Assembly (NCBI GenBank): GCA_045106715.1
Contig: JBGCFC010000009.1
Span: 64,001 to 128,000, forward strand
Length of the DNA stretch: 64,000 nt
Source: Sandaracinaceae bacterium
Lineage (GTDB): Bacteria > Myxococcota_A > Polyangia > Polyangiales > Sandaracinaceae
Reading direction: 5' to 3'
Positions 1 to 9,964 of this stretch are shown one piece after another. The position numbers and the translations under genes are program-made. A model generated the notes under the pieces. The model did no database searches and was not told where the DNA came from. It worked only from the letters and a program-made list of their open reading frames with translations. How positions within the stretch are numbered: the first letter of the stretch is position 1; each line of letters opens with the position of its first letter.

Positions 1-1554
1 ATCGACGAGCGCGCGGAGTGCGCCGAGTTCGAGGTGCCGCTCCACTGGTCCGATCGCGAGGGCGAACGCATCGTCCTGTTCCTGAAGCGGTACCGCGGTG
101 AGCCCGGCGGGGGGCAGGCGTGGTTCCTCACCGGCGGCCCGGGGCAGGCGGCCAGCGACCTCGAGCCGCTCGTCGACCAGCTGATCGGCCGGGACCCCAC
201 CCGCAGCTACTACCTGCTCGATCACCGTGGGGTGGGGCGCTCGACCCGACTGCGCTGCGAAGGCTCGGAAGGGATCGAGAGCCCGAACTCGATCGGCCTC
301 GGGGAAGGCGAGATCGCGGCCTGCCTCGAAGAAGTGCGCGCCGCCTGGACCGACGACCAACTCGCGGGTTTCTCCACGGTGAACGCTGCGCACGACCTCG
401 GCCAACTCATCGGTCTGCTTCGAGTGGACGACGAGACCGTGTCTCTGTGGGGCGGCTCCTACGGCACGCTCTGGCTCGAGCGCTACCTGGGGCTCTATCC
501 CGAGCAGCCCGACGCCGCCGTGTTCTCCGCCCTCGCGCTCGACGTCGACCTGCTCAGCGTCGATCGGTACGTCGACGACGTCACACGCCGCTGGCTCGAC
601 GCGTGCGACGCTGACGCGGAGTGCGGAGAGCGTTTTCAGGCGACGTTCTCACGCCGCGCGCGGGAGGTCGTCTCCGAGGTCTTCAGCGGTCCCGACGCAG
701 CGCTCTGTCCCGAGATCGCCGCGCTCGACCTCGACGTGGACATCCTCAAGCCGTTCTTCGGGCAGATCTTCGGCGATCTTCAGGGGCGCTCGTTCTATGC
801 GCCGATGGTCTATCGGATCGCGCGGTGCGAGCCCCGGGACGTGGCCGCGATGGAGAACATCATCATGGCGCTCTCTCCCCCGCCGGGCCCGCCGCAGATT
901 CCGCTCGGCGTGCGCCAGTGGGGGTTCGTGCTCTCGGAGAACATCGCCGTGTCCGAGCTGACGAGCGACCTGGACGCCGCGACCATCGAGGCTGACTACG
1001 CCAACGCCATCGCCGTCCAAGGCCCGACACCGCGGCTGATCGAATCACGTGCGCTCTGGCCGCGGTACGACGCGCCGCCGTTCTCGACCAGCGACTACCA
1101 GGGCGCGGTGTTGATGCTGCACGGGGAGTACGACTTCCTCCCGGAGGCAGCGTACCAACGGCTCGTCGACCACTACCTCGACACGAACCCGAACGCCGAC
1201 TTCGTCCTGATTCCCGGCGGGCCACACTCGCTCGAGAGCCCGACCACCGACGGCCAACAGTGCGGCCTCGAGCTGATCTTGTCGCGACTCTACGATCCGT
1301 CCGCGCCGGTCTCGGACTGCACGAGTCGCGTGGAGCCGCTCCGCTTCGCACCGCCGCCGGCGCTCTCGACCGCGCTGTTCGGGACCGACGACCCGTGGGA
1401 CGGAGTGCCAGGCGGGATGGGCGGAGGCGCGGACGCGTCGGGGCCCTCGCCGGTCTTCGTGACGCGGGTCCGGACCCGCGCGTCCAGCGTGCACGTCCTG
1501 GGCGGCGTGTCCCCACTCGGGCCGGCGCCCCGGCTACCGACCCTCCGGCGGTAA
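1..1554 (+). CDS. alpha/beta-fold hydrolase (prolyl aminopeptidase / S33-like), 5' partial
   Basis: Frame 1 is open from nt 1 and the first in-frame start is at 34, so the gene probably begins upstream of the window. It has the 'LLDHRGVGRS' motif and a 'GGSYG' (GxSxG) nucleophile elbow, and the composition is typical of a real high-GC CDS. Confidence 0.7.
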   Translation: MDERAECAEFEVPLHWSDREGERIVLFLKRYRGEPGGGQAWFLTGGPGQAASDLEPLVDQLIGRDPTRSYYLLDHRGVGRSTRLRCEGSEGIESPNSIGLGEGEIAACLEEVRAAWTDDQLAGFSTVNAAHDLGQLIGLLRVDDETVSLWGGSYGTLWLERYLGLYPEQPDAAVFSALALDVDLLSVDRYVDDVTRRWLDACDADAECGERFQATFSRRAREVVSEVFSGPDAALCPEIAALDLDVDILKPFFGQIFGDLQGRSFYAPMVYRIARCEPRDVAAMENIIMALSPPPGPPQIPLGVRQWGFVLSENIAVSELTSDLDAATIEADYANAIAVQGPTPRLIESRALWPRYDAPPFSTSDYQGAVLMLHGEYDFLPEAAYQRLVDHYLDTNPNADFVLIPGGPHSLESPTTDGQQCGLELILSRLYDPSAPVSDCTSRVEPLRFAPPPALSTALFGTDDPWDGVPGGMGGGADASGPSPVFVTRVRTRASSVHVLGGVSPLGPAPRLPTLRR

Positions 1555-3249
1555 GTTCGAGGGCTCGACGATGACCCGGGCGCGGAGCCGGTAGCGGTCT
1601 CGCCCGACGGTCTCCAGCACGCCGCGGAGTCCGGCGCGCCGCAGCGTCCAGACGGCGGTGTGCACCCGCTTGCGCTGAGACGCGGCTCGGATTCGCTGTC
1701 CGGGCCAGCCCACCTCGAACAGCTCCTCGAGCGAGACGATCGAGCCGGCGGGCAGATGGCAGAGGTGAACCAGCAGCCGCCACGGAGGGCCCTGTCCCGC
1801 GAGTCGGATCGGCGCCCCGTCGAGGCGCGCGTCGGTCGGACCGAGGCCGACGATCGGGGCTGCCGGCGAGGGGGTCAGAGCCGCGGCTGCGTCCCGCGCC
1901 AGATCGGGAGACTCTGCGTTTGCCGCCGCGCGCAGCGCGCCCTGAAGCATCTCGTGCGAGGCCAGGCCGGCTTCGACGCACGCGAGCGCGGCCAACCCCC
2001 GCACGGTCACCGACGGCAGGCCCGCCGCCCGCTGCCATGCTCGTTCCGAGACGTGTGCGGCCTTGTCCCGCTGGCCTTCGCGACCGAGCGCCCGGGCGTA
2101 GCGCGCCTGGCAGTACGTCGCGCCCATCTCGTCCCCCGCGCCCCCCAGCGCCGCGATCGCCCGCGGGTAGCGCTCGAGGCACGCTGCGTCCGCCCGTCGG
2201 TCCGCGGCCTCGGCGCACACTCCCCAAACGAGCCCTCGGTGACGTGCCTCGACGGCCGCTTCCAGCTGCTCGCGGAGCAGCGTGTCCGCCTCCGGGTCGC
2301 GTGCGTAGGTGGCGGCGAGCGCCCACTGCAGGGCCCAGTTCGAGTCCCCCTCGCGGGGACCGACGGCCCGCAGCAGCGATCGACCCTGCGCGAGATCGCC
2401 GCGCTCGATGTGTGCGTGGGCCCGCATGACGCGGGACGCGCGGCTTCGCCCGGAGAGCACGAGGATGCCCTCGCAGTACGCGCCCATGTCCAGGAGTGAG
2501 CCACCGAGCGTTTGGCGGAGCCCAGGGGCCTTGGAGCGTGGCGCCGAACCCAGGCGCGCCCGGAGCACACCAACCGCGAAGCCGGCGTGGGTGGTGTGCC
2601 GCAGCGCGCTGGCGGCCCTGACCAGCTCGGCGTCGTCCAGGCCGCGGGCGACGGATGGCCGAGCCAGGCACGCGGCGAGACAGGTGCGGTCCTCGAGTGT
2701 CCAGGCGGCGTCGCGAGACAGGCGCCGCGCGGTGTAGCGGAGGAGGAACCGGTCACGCGCCGCCGCTTGGGCGGACGTCAGCGTGTGCCACTCTCGCACA
2801 AGCTGTCGCCGCATCGTCGGCATCTCCACGCGCTCTCCTCGCTGCGCCACCCATCCTGAACGAAGGAGCGTGTCGAGCGTCGCGACGCCATCGGCGGGCC
2901 GCTCGACGCAGGCGAGCATCGTGGAAAGGTCGAGCCCCGCAGGGCACCCACTCAGGGTCCGCAGCCACCGACGCGGCGCGTCTGCCAAGGCGCCCCAAGC
3001 GCGCCGCCATCGTCGACCGGTGTCCGCGCCCCCGACCGCCGCCAACCACACCTCCGGCTCGGTTTCGTAGCTCGTGCACCAGCGTGCGACTCCGAGGATG
3101 GCCGCCCCCCGGGACGCGATCTCGAGTGCGCGCCGGTTCGGTCCTGCCCACCGCGCGAGCTGCCGCAGCTCCGCCTCGCTCGCGTCGGTCAACGCGGGCA
3201 TCGCGTCGCGCAGCCCGGCCTCGGTCCACTCTTGGGGCGGATGCGCCAT
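1534..3249 (-). CDS. transcriptional regulator with helical-repeat body and C-terminal OmpR/PhoB-type winged-helix DNA-binding domain
   Basis: The C-terminus '...SLEELFEVGWPGQRIRAASQRKRVHTAVWTLRRAGL...RDRYRLRARV' matches the trans_reg_C winged-helix pattern. The start ATG at 3247-3249 was checked. It overlaps the upstream hydrolase 3' end by 21 nt. Confidence 0.55.
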   Translation of the reverse strand: MAHPPQEWTEAGLRDAMPALTDASEAELRQLARWAGPNRRALEIASRGAAILGVARWCTSYETEPEVWLAAVGGADTGRRWRRAWGALADAPRRWLRTLSGCPAGLDLSTMLACVERPADGVATLDTLLRSGWVAQRGERVEMPTMRRQLVREWHTLTSAQAAARDRFLLRYTARRLSRDAAWTLEDRTCLAACLARPSVARGLDDAELVRAASALRHTTHAGFAVGVLRARLGSAPRSKAPGLRQTLGGSLLDMGAYCEGILVLSGRSRASRVMRAHAHIERGDLAQGRSLLRAVGPREGDSNWALQWALAATYARDPEADTLLREQLEAAVEARHRGLVWGVCAEAADRRADAACLERYPRAIAALGGAGDEMGATYCQARYARALGREGQRDKAAHVSERAWQRAAGLPSVTVRGLAALACVEAGLASHEMLQGALRAAANAESPDLARDAAAALTPSPAAPIVGLGPTDARLDGAPIRLAGQGPPWRLLVHLCHLPAGSIVSLEELFEVGWPGQRIRAASQRKRVHTAVWTLRRAGLRGVLETVGRDRYRLRARVIVEPSNLPPEGR

Positions 3250-3348
3250 CCGCTCTCGGGAAATGCAATCCGCGTACCCGTCAGGAGCGCCCCGAAACGT
3301 GGCCCCGACGACTTCGATCGTGCCGGACGTGACGGGCGCGCTGTCAGA

Positions 3349-3768
3349 TCAGGCACGCGCCGGTTGGGCGCGGTCCACCGCGTCGCGGAGCGCGGCCGGC
3401 GCCGAGACGGTGGCGCGGGTCTTCGGGTCGACGCACACGCTGGTGAGCTCCGCCTGGGCGAGAACGTTGCCGTTCGGGCCACGCATCACGTATTCGCTGA
3501 CCACGCTGCTGCGACCGATCCGCGCGATGCGCGTCTCGATGGCGACGACCTCCTCGAAGGTGGCGCTGCCGCGGTAGTCGCACTTGGCGCCGCGGTAGAA
3601 CATGTCGACGCCGGCTTCGACCAGGTCCTGCCATGGGCAGCCGATGTGCCGCATGTAGGCGGCCAACGCCTCGTCGCAGAACGTCAGGTAGTTCGCGAAA
3701 TACATGTGGCCCTGCGCGTCGGTGTCGGCGAAGCGGACGGGCATCTCGAAGATGAACGGGGTGGTCAC
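3349..3768 (-). CDS. acyl-CoA thioesterase, hotdog fold (4HBT/YbgC family)
   Basis: 139 aa with the typical 4HBT signature 'VRFADTDAQGHMYFANYLTFCDEA...' and a coding-like composition. Confidence 0.85.
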   Translation of the reverse strand: MTTPFIFEMPVRFADTDAQGHMYFANYLTFCDEALAAYMRHIGCPWQDLVEAGVDMFYRGAKCDYRGSATFEEVVAIETRIARIGRSSVVSEYVMRGPNGNVLAQAELTSVCVDPKTRATVSAPAALRDAVDRAQPARA

Positions 3769-3831
3769 CGACGCAGCCTGACCGAAGCCAACTTGAACAT
3801 CGAGCGCCCGCCGTGCGTCTATGTTCTCGTG

Positions 3832-4593
3832 ATGCGCGCGACGACCCTCTTCGGCACCGTGCTGTGTGCTTGCCTCTTCTCATTGCCCAGGCCCGGCTCC
3901 GCCCAGGAGATGAGCGCGTCCGATCGCCAGGCTGCACTGACGCGGGTGCGGGTGATGGTCGACTGCGTGGAGCGGGAGAACGCGGCGCTTCAGCGCATCA
4001 ACCGGCTGATTCGCGACTCCGAAAGGCAGCGCGACCAGGCCAGGGACGCGCGCGTCAGAGGTGACGCCGAGGCATCTCTCGAAGCGCTCATCGCCCAGGC
4101 CGCCGATCTCCAGCGACGCGCGTCGGAGTGTTTCGCGGGCGATGCCTTGCCCACGCCCGGCACCCGCGTCATCCGGCAGGCCCCGCCGCCGGACCCCGCC
4201 GCCGACTCGGTCGCCGGCACGGGCGGCACGGTGCGCGAGGTGGAACGCGACACTGCGTTGAGCGGCAACGTGCGGGTCGTCGTCGCGGAGCAGGTCGACG
4301 GGGAGGGACGGCTCGACCCTTCCACCGTGCAGCGTGCCTTCCACGCCACGGCGCCGCGGATCGAGCGCTGCTACGAGCGCTGGCTCAACCGGGGCAGTTT
4401 GACGGCGCACCAGTTGGACGTCGTGTTCACCCTGCGTTCAGCGAGCGCGCGCCGGGTGACCATCGAGCGCTCCGACTTCGGCGATGCGGCCATGGATCGC
4501 TGCGTGACCGCGGCGGTCTCCCGGCTCCGGGCGAGCCGTGCGCCTTCGGGTGGCCCGGCCACCTACAGCTACCGCCTGCGGTTCGGTCGGTAG
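3832..4593 (+). CDS. secreted hypothetical protein (signal peptide, coiled-coil, conserved C-terminal domain)
   Basis: An internal ATG at 3832 opens a signal peptide 'MRATTLFGTVLCACLFSLPRPGSAQE'. The upstream part of ORF 3232.. is antisense to the thioesterase and Arg-rich, so it is likely spurious. The C-terminal block 'RIERCYERWL...VVFTLRS...RVTIERSDFGD' resembles TonB-C/AgmX-like domains common in myxobacterial secreted proteins (inference). Confidence 0.55.
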   Translation: MRATTLFGTVLCACLFSLPRPGSAQEMSASDRQAALTRVRVMVDCVERENAALQRINRLIRDSERQRDQARDARVRGDAEASLEALIAQAADLQRRASECFAGDALPTPGTRVIRQAPPPDPAADSVAGTGGTVREVERDTALSGNVRVVVAEQVDGEGRLDPSTVQRAFHATAPRIERCYERWLNRGSLTAHQLDVVFTLRSASARRVTIERSDFGDAAMDRCVTAAVSRLRASRAPSGGPATYSYRLRFGR

Positions 4594-4857
4594 CTGTCAC
4601 GCGCCAGTTCCCCAGTGAACCAGCACGTCCGTGGAGGCGCTCCGAGCGGAGCGGGGCAGGGTCTTCTTCATCTCGTTCCTGGCGGAGGGCGACGTCGTCT
4701 GGGCCTGGAGCAACCAGCGGGTCGATCGCGCGACATTGACGGGAACCTCGTGTACTAGGTTCCGTTCGGCGCCGAGTGCTCCCCGGCCGGCGCCTCCGCC
4801 GAAAACGTTGACGAGCCTTGCCCGGCTGCTCCGGCCGCGACAGGCTCTCCCCTCGCC

Positions 4858-6174
4858 ATGCGACTGACCGAGCCCCTCACGCGCGAGACTGTCGTCGAGC
4901 TGGAGCGGCGCCATGTATGGCCGCCCTACACCTCGACGGAGCGCCACGAGGGCACCGACCCGCTCGTGATCGTCGCGGGAGACGGCGCCTGGATCGAGGA
5001 TGCGTCGGGCATCCGCTACCTCGACGCGAACGCGTCCTGGTGGACCTGCACCCTCGGCCATGGGCATCCGCGCCTCCGGAGCGCGCTGGTCGAGCAAGCC
5101 GAAGCGCTCATGCATGTCGCCGCGGGCGGCATCACCCACGCCCCCGTGGCCCTGCTCGCGAAGGAGCTGGCCGAGATCGCGCCGGGCGAGCTGAGTCGGG
5201 TGCATTTCTCCGACGATGGCTCGACGTCGGTGGAGGTCGCCGTGAAGGCGGCGTTCCAGTACTGGCAGCAGAACGGCCGTCCGTCCCGCACGCGCTTCAT
5301 CTCGCTCGCCGGCGCCTACCACGGCGACACCCTCGGCGTGGCCAGCCTCGCCGGCCTGGACGAGTTTCACGGGGTCTTCCACCCCCTGCTCTTCGAGGTG
5401 ATCCGTCCGCCCGATCCCGAGGACCCGACGGGGTGGGAGCAGGCCTTCGAGTTTGTCATCGCTCAGCTCAAGGAGCACCGCGACACGATTGCGGGCGTGA
5501 TCGTGGAGCCCCTGATCCAGGGCGCGGCGGGCATGCGGATGTACCCGCCCCAGCTGCTCGAGGAGCTCCGCGCGGTCACCAAGGAGGTCGACACCTTCCT
5601 CATCGCCGACGAGGTCTTCACCGGCCACGGGCGGACGGCATCGATGTGGGCGCCCGAGCGCGCCGGGATCCAGCCCGACCTCCTCTGCACGGCCAAGGGC
5701 TTCACCGCCGGGGTCCTGCCCATGGCCGCGACGATCGCCACGCCGCGGGTCTACGAGGGGTTTCGTGGCGGCGCCGATCGCGCGCTGATGCACGGGCACA
5801 CCTTCTGCGGCAACCCGCTTGGCGCCGCCGTGGCGCGTGAAGTGCTCGCCGTCTACCGCGATGAAGACGTGTTGGCTGGGATCGAATCGCGCGCCGCTCA
5901 GATCCAAGAGTCCTTCGCCTGGATCGCGGCCATCGCGGGTGTCGAGCGCACCCGTGCGCTCGGCATGGTCGGCGCGGCCGACCTCGGGGACGGCGGCTAC
6001 AACGGCGAGCTCGGGTGGCGGGTCTTCGAGGCCGCGCTTCAGCGAGGGGTGTTCCTCCGCCCGTTGGGGGACACCGTGTATGTGACCCCGCCGCTCAACA
6101 TCCCCGAGGATGAGCTCGCGCAGCTGCTCGACGTTGTGGAGCAGAGCGTGCGCGACGTGCTCGAGGGCGAGTGA
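4858..6174 (+). CDS. bioA: adenosylmethionine-8-amino-7-oxononanoate aminotransferase (class III PLP aminotransferase)
   Basis: 438 aa with class III aminotransferase hallmarks throughout: 'WWTCTLGHGHP', 'FIADEVFTGHGRTASMWA', and the C-terminal 'GDTVYVTPPLNIPEDEL', which is characteristic of BioA. Confidence 0.9.
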   Translation: MRLTEPLTRETVVELERRHVWPPYTSTERHEGTDPLVIVAGDGAWIEDASGIRYLDANASWWTCTLGHGHPRLRSALVEQAEALMHVAAGGITHAPVALLAKELAEIAPGELSRVHFSDDGSTSVEVAVKAAFQYWQQNGRPSRTRFISLAGAYHGDTLGVASLAGLDEFHGVFHPLLFEVIRPPDPEDPTGWEQAFEFVIAQLKEHRDTIAGVIVEPLIQGAAGMRMYPPQLLEELRAVTKEVDTFLIADEVFTGHGRTASMWAPERAGIQPDLLCTAKGFTAGVLPMAATIATPRVYEGFRGGADRALMHGHTFCGNPLGAAVAREVLAVYRDEDVLAGIESRAAQIQESFAWIAAIAGVERTRALGMVGAADLGDGGYNGELGWRVFEAALQRGVFLRPLGDTVYVTPPLNIPEDELAQLLDVVEQSVRDVLEGE

Positions 6175-6348
6175 ACGCGAGATCCCTCACGCCTCGTCCG
6201 CTCCGAAGACGCGCGTTTCTCCCCGTGAGACCCTCCCTGCCCGTAGACTGCGGTGTTCCGTAGTCGGCTCTCGCTTTCCCATCGTGCAGTATCCCGCGAA
6301 ATCCCGAGCCCCGAAGCCCTGCGCGCCTGCGCGGAGCCAGGTCGCGCT

Positions 6349-8904
6349 GTGAAGCGGCTCATCGACGGGATCGCCCATGCGGTCACCCGCCGGAGGGCGC
6401 AGGTGCTGCTCTCGGTCGCGATCGTCTGTGCCGCGAGCGCCGTCTGGATCCCGAGCCTCGAGGCCGACCCGCGCCCGCAGACCTTGACCGCGAGCAGCCT
6501 GGAGAACCAAGCGCAGATCTCCGCGCGCTACCGTGAACGCTTCGGGAACCCCGATCACGTGGTGGTGCTGCTCATCCGCGCCGACGACGTGCTTGCGCCA
6601 GGCCCGCTCGACTACGTGCATCAGGTCGCCACGGCGTTTCAGGGCCGCGACTACGTCAGCCGCGTGGAGGGCATCACCGTCACCCCGCTCGCCTACCGCG
6701 CCGATGAAGTGAGCGAAGAGACGCTCGACGGGCTCGACGACGGCGAGACGCTCGACGACCTGGGCGGGGGAGAGACACTCGACGATCTCGGGGGCGATCC
6801 GACCGGCGCAGGGCAGGACATCGACCCCGCGCTCGAGGCGGCGCTCGGGCAGCTCGTGCTCGCAGCGCCCGAGTACTTCCCGATGGGGCTCGGCACCCTG
6901 GCCAACCGGATGGCCGAGCAGACCTACGGGCCGATCGTCGAGGGCGACTCGATCGAAGAGGCCGAGCGGGAGCGTCTGATCGCCGCGCTCGAAGACGCAC
7001 CCCTGCTCGAAGGGCGCCTCATCAGCCACGACCATGGCCTGACCGCGGTGGCGCTGGTGCTCGACGACCGGGTCGAGGACCACCAGGTGATGCAGGCGTC
7101 GGTGCGCGACGTGGACGCGTGGCTGGCCGCGCACCCGCCCCCCTCGGGCGTGTTGATGGACGTCGGTGGGCTGCCGCACTTGTTCGACTCGATCGTCGTG
7201 AAGATGGAGCACGACAACTTCCGCATCGTGCCGCTCACGCTGCTGGTCTGTTTGGTCCTGCTCTACGTCTCGTTCCGCTGGGTGCCCGGGATGGTCCTGC
7301 CGGTCGTCGCGGTGGGCTTGAGCGCGCTGATGGTGGTGGGCGCGATGGCGTTCCTCGGCGAGACGATGAACGTCGTCAACAACATCATCCCGCCGCTGTT
7401 AATCATCATCGGGGTCAGCGACTCGATCCACCTGATCGGGCGCTATCGCGAGGAGCTCGAGCACAGCAAGACGATGATCGAGGCCGCGGCCAACACCGTC
7501 CGCGCGATGGCGGTCGCGTGTTTCCTCACGTCGATCACGACGTCGGTGGGGCTGGCTTCGTTGCTCGCGTCGCAGACCGAGATGCTGCGTCGCTTCGGCC
7601 TGATCGCATCGTTCGGCGTGATGATCGCCTACTTCGTCACCATCGGGTTTCTCCCGTCGGCGATGACGTACTTCAAGCCCCCGCTGCCCCCGCGCGCGCG
7701 GCCGAAGAAGGGCGAGCAGCGGGCCGATCGCGGCTTGCTCGAGAAGGCCATCGTGGTGCTGACGGCGAAGATCCTTCGCCGCCCCTGGCCGTTCATCGTG
7801 GGCGCCACGCTGCTCTTTGGCGGCTTCGTGTACAGCGCGCTCCAGGTCGAGGTGGACAGCGCCCTGCTCGACGAGTTCGACGAAGAGGACGCCGCGTTCC
7901 AGAGCACCGTCCTGATGGAACAGGAGCTCGAAGGCGTCCGTCCGCTCGAGATCATGCTCGAGTCAGACGAGCCGGGCCGCTTCCACGACCCTGAGGTGCT
8001 CGCCGCGGTCGACGAGATGCAGGCCTGGTTGCACGAGCAGGACGCCGTGCTCGGGTCGGTCGCGCCGACCGATCTGCTCCACATCACGTGGGCGCGCCTC
8101 ACCGGCGAGCCCGACGAAGCCGACGCGCCGTTCCGATCCCGCGATCAAGTCGCGGCGCTGTTTGCCCTGTTCGCTGAGATCGACCGCAACCCGCTGGACA
8201 CGATGGTGGTGGAGGACGGCCGCGTGGGCCGCATCCAGGTGCGGCTCGGGGACGTCGGCGCGGCCGCCAGCCTGGTGATCATCGACGACCTGCAAGCGCG
8301 GCTTCATGAGCGCTTCGATCCCTTGGGGATCCGGGTCTCGCTCACGGGGGAGGGCTATACGGGATCCGTTGGCCTCGAAGCGATCGTCCGCGACTTGCTC
8401 GGCAGCCTGAGCACCGCGGTGGCGATCATCTTTGCACTGCTCGTCTTCCTGTTTGGGAGCTGGCGCCTCGGGCTCCTGAGCATCCCTCCGAACGTGATCC
8501 CGCTGGTCGGCACGATGGCGTGGATGTCGTGGCGCGACATTCGGCTCAACGCCGCCACGGTGATCGTCTTCTCCATCAGCCTCGGGCTCGCGGTCGATGG
8601 ATCGATCCACCTGCTGGCGCGCTACCGCGAGGAGATCGCCAGCGGGCTCGGTCGGAACTCGGCGCTGCTGCGGGCCGCCCGAGGCACGGGCCGCGCGGTC
8701 GTGGTCTCCTGCATCACGCTGATGCTCGGCTTTGGCGTGATGTTGCTCAGCTCGTTTGTGCCCGTTCGCCGATTTGGTGAGCTCATCGGCGTGACGGTGG
8801 GGATGTGCCTGTTGTCGACGCTCGTCGTGCAGCCCGCGCTCCTTCGCGTCTGGGCTCCGAAGACGCCGCCCAATCGGTTCCGTCGCCCGCCCAAGGAGTT
8901 CTGA
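6349..8904 (+). CDS. MMPL/RND-superfamily (SSD) membrane transporter, HpnN-like
   Basis: It has two 6-TM bundles with large periplasmic loops, 'GVSDSIHLIGRYREEL' and 'LAVDGSIHLLARYREE' SSD motifs. The ORF is open from 6253, but the GTG at 6349 ('VKRLIDGIAHAVTRRRAQVLL') fits MMPL N-termini better. Confidence 0.85.
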   Translation: MKRLIDGIAHAVTRRRAQVLLSVAIVCAASAVWIPSLEADPRPQTLTASSLENQAQISARYRERFGNPDHVVVLLIRADDVLAPGPLDYVHQVATAFQGRDYVSRVEGITVTPLAYRADEVSEETLDGLDDGETLDDLGGGETLDDLGGDPTGAGQDIDPALEAALGQLVLAAPEYFPMGLGTLANRMAEQTYGPIVEGDSIEEAERERLIAALEDAPLLEGRLISHDHGLTAVALVLDDRVEDHQVMQASVRDVDAWLAAHPPPSGVLMDVGGLPHLFDSIVVKMEHDNFRIVPLTLLVCLVLLYVSFRWVPGMVLPVVAVGLSALMVVGAMAFLGETMNVVNNIIPPLLIIIGVSDSIHLIGRYREELEHSKTMIEAAANTVRAMAVACFLTSITTSVGLASLLASQTEMLRRFGLIASFGVMIAYFVTIGFLPSAMTYFKPPLPPRARPKKGEQRADRGLLEKAIVVLTAKILRRPWPFIVGATLLFGGFVYSALQVEVDSALLDEFDEEDAAFQSTVLMEQELEGVRPLEIMLESDEPGRFHDPEVLAAVDEMQAWLHEQDAVLGSVAPTDLLHITWARLTGEPDEADAPFRSRDQVAALFALFAEIDRNPLDTMVVEDGRVGRIQVRLGDVGAAASLVIIDDLQARLHERFDPLGIRVSLTGEGYTGSVGLEAIVRDLLGSLSTAVAIIFALLVFLFGSWRLGLLSIPPNVIPLVGTMAWMSWRDIRLNAATVIVFSISLGLAVDGSIHLLARYREEIASGLGRNSALLRAARGTGRAVVVSCITLMLGFGVMLLSSFVPVRRFGELIGVTVGMCLLSTLVVQPALLRVWAPKTPPNRFRRPPKEF
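6718..6795 (+). repeat. in-frame tandem repeat (~3 x 27 bp) encoding 'ETLDGLDDG/ETLDDLGGG/ETLDDLGGD' inside the MMPL periplasmic loop
   Basis: Direct nucleotide repeats 'gagacgctcgacg..ctc...ggc' seen three times consecutively in the sequence. Confidence 0.6.
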
Positions 8905-8999
8905 GCGAGCTACTCGCGCGCTCGACCGGCTCACCCTGCTCTCGAGACCGCTCGCGCGACGGAGCTGGAACCCTCCCCCGCCGTGCCCATGGTGTGACC

Positions 9000-9224
9000 A
9001 TGCGCGGTTGGAATTGGGTACTCGGTTCGGGCCTCGGAGCGCTGGTAAGCGCCGCGACGGCGGCTCTGTGCGCCTTCGCCGGCATCCTCATCGGCAGCGA
9101 CGAGGCGATGGCCGCCAAGCCGTTCTACGCCGCGTTCCTGGTCTTGTCGCTCGTGGCGGTGGGGCTCGCCGGAGTGTGCGGCGCCTCCCTCGTACGGACG
9201 GTCGCGGCGTGCGCCTCGGGCTGA
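9000..9224 (+). CDS. small two-TM membrane protein (hypothetical)
   Basis: An internal ATG at 9000 gives a 74-aa peptide with two hydrophobic helices ('WVLGSGLGALVSAATAALCAFAGILIG', 'AAFLVLSLVAVGLAGVCGASLV'). The upstream part of the ORF is unconvincing. Confidence 0.35.
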   Translation: MRGWNWVLGSGLGALVSAATAALCAFAGILIGSDEAMAAKPFYAAFLVLSLVAVGLAGVCGASLVRTVAACASG

Positions 9225-9230
9225 GTGGCC

Positions 9231-9887
9231 TCAGGGAAAGCAGCCGGCGAGCCGTGTGTTCTCGCAGCTGATGACCGTGCTCCCCTCGCGGCAGGCGTCC
9301 AAGGCGTCCGACTCGAGGGTGCAGGTGCCGCCGCCGTCGCGACACGCGAAGAAGTTCTGGAACTCGGTTGGGCACATCTCGAACCAGCACGACTGAACCT
9401 GCTGAGCGGCGCACTGCTCGCAGTTGAGCGTGGTGATCTCGCCATCGGGCAGGGTCAGCGAGGTCGCGGGCGTGGTGTCGGCTTGGAGCGTGGCCGTGAA
9501 GCAGTCTCCGTCTTCGCACGCGCGTAAAGCCGTATCGGTAGACGAGGAGCAACGCGGCAAGCAGGCGACCGGGAGCTGCGTGAACCCGGTGAGTCGGCAG
9601 GCGCCCGGCGTCGGGGGCGGGGGGCCAGCGTCGTGCGCCGGGGGCGGGCCGGAATCCATGAGCCGGATCCCACCGGAATCCTGGCGCGGAGGCGGCGGGG
9701 GCGGGGTCTCGTCGCCCCCATCGCGCTCGACCGGCGGCAGGCGGGTCCCGCTGTCAGAGCCCGAGCGACGTGTGTCGGGCGTGCAGCCCATGTCGGCGAG
9801 CGCAAACGCGAGCACACAACCGAGCAAGACGCCAAGGCCGGAGCGCGCGGTGACGCGGGAGAGCAGGAGAGAGAGTCGTCGCATCAC
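9231..9887 (-). CDS. Cys-rich secreted lipoprotein (hypothetical)
   Basis: Signal peptide with lipobox 'LADMGC', a Pro-rich linker, then a 16-Cys C-terminal domain; non-Arg-biased composition. Confidence 0.5.
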   Translation of the reverse strand: MMRRLSLLLSRVTARSGLGVLLGCVLAFALADMGCTPDTRRSGSDSGTRLPPVERDGGDETPPPPPPRQDSGGIRLMDSGPPPAHDAGPPPPTPGACRLTGFTQLPVACLPRCSSSTDTALRACEDGDCFTATLQADTTPATSLTLPDGEITTLNCEQCAAQQVQSCWFEMCPTEFQNFFACRDGGGTCTLESDALDACREGSTVISCENTRLAGCFP

Positions 9888-9964
9888 GCTTCTCCCTACG
9901 GCTCATCTCGACCGGCATCAAGCCGGCGCGTGCGTGCGGGGGCGTTTCGGAATATGGTCCGCGG

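Noticed and set aside
3232-3831. N-terminal 200 aa of ORF 3232..4593
   Set aside because: This part is antisense to the thioesterase gene. The real start is the ATG at 3832, which opens a canonical signal peptide.
4597-5907. 436-aa ORF antisense to bioA
   Set aside because: BioA on the plus strand is unambiguous. The antisense ORF is Arg/Gly-biased.
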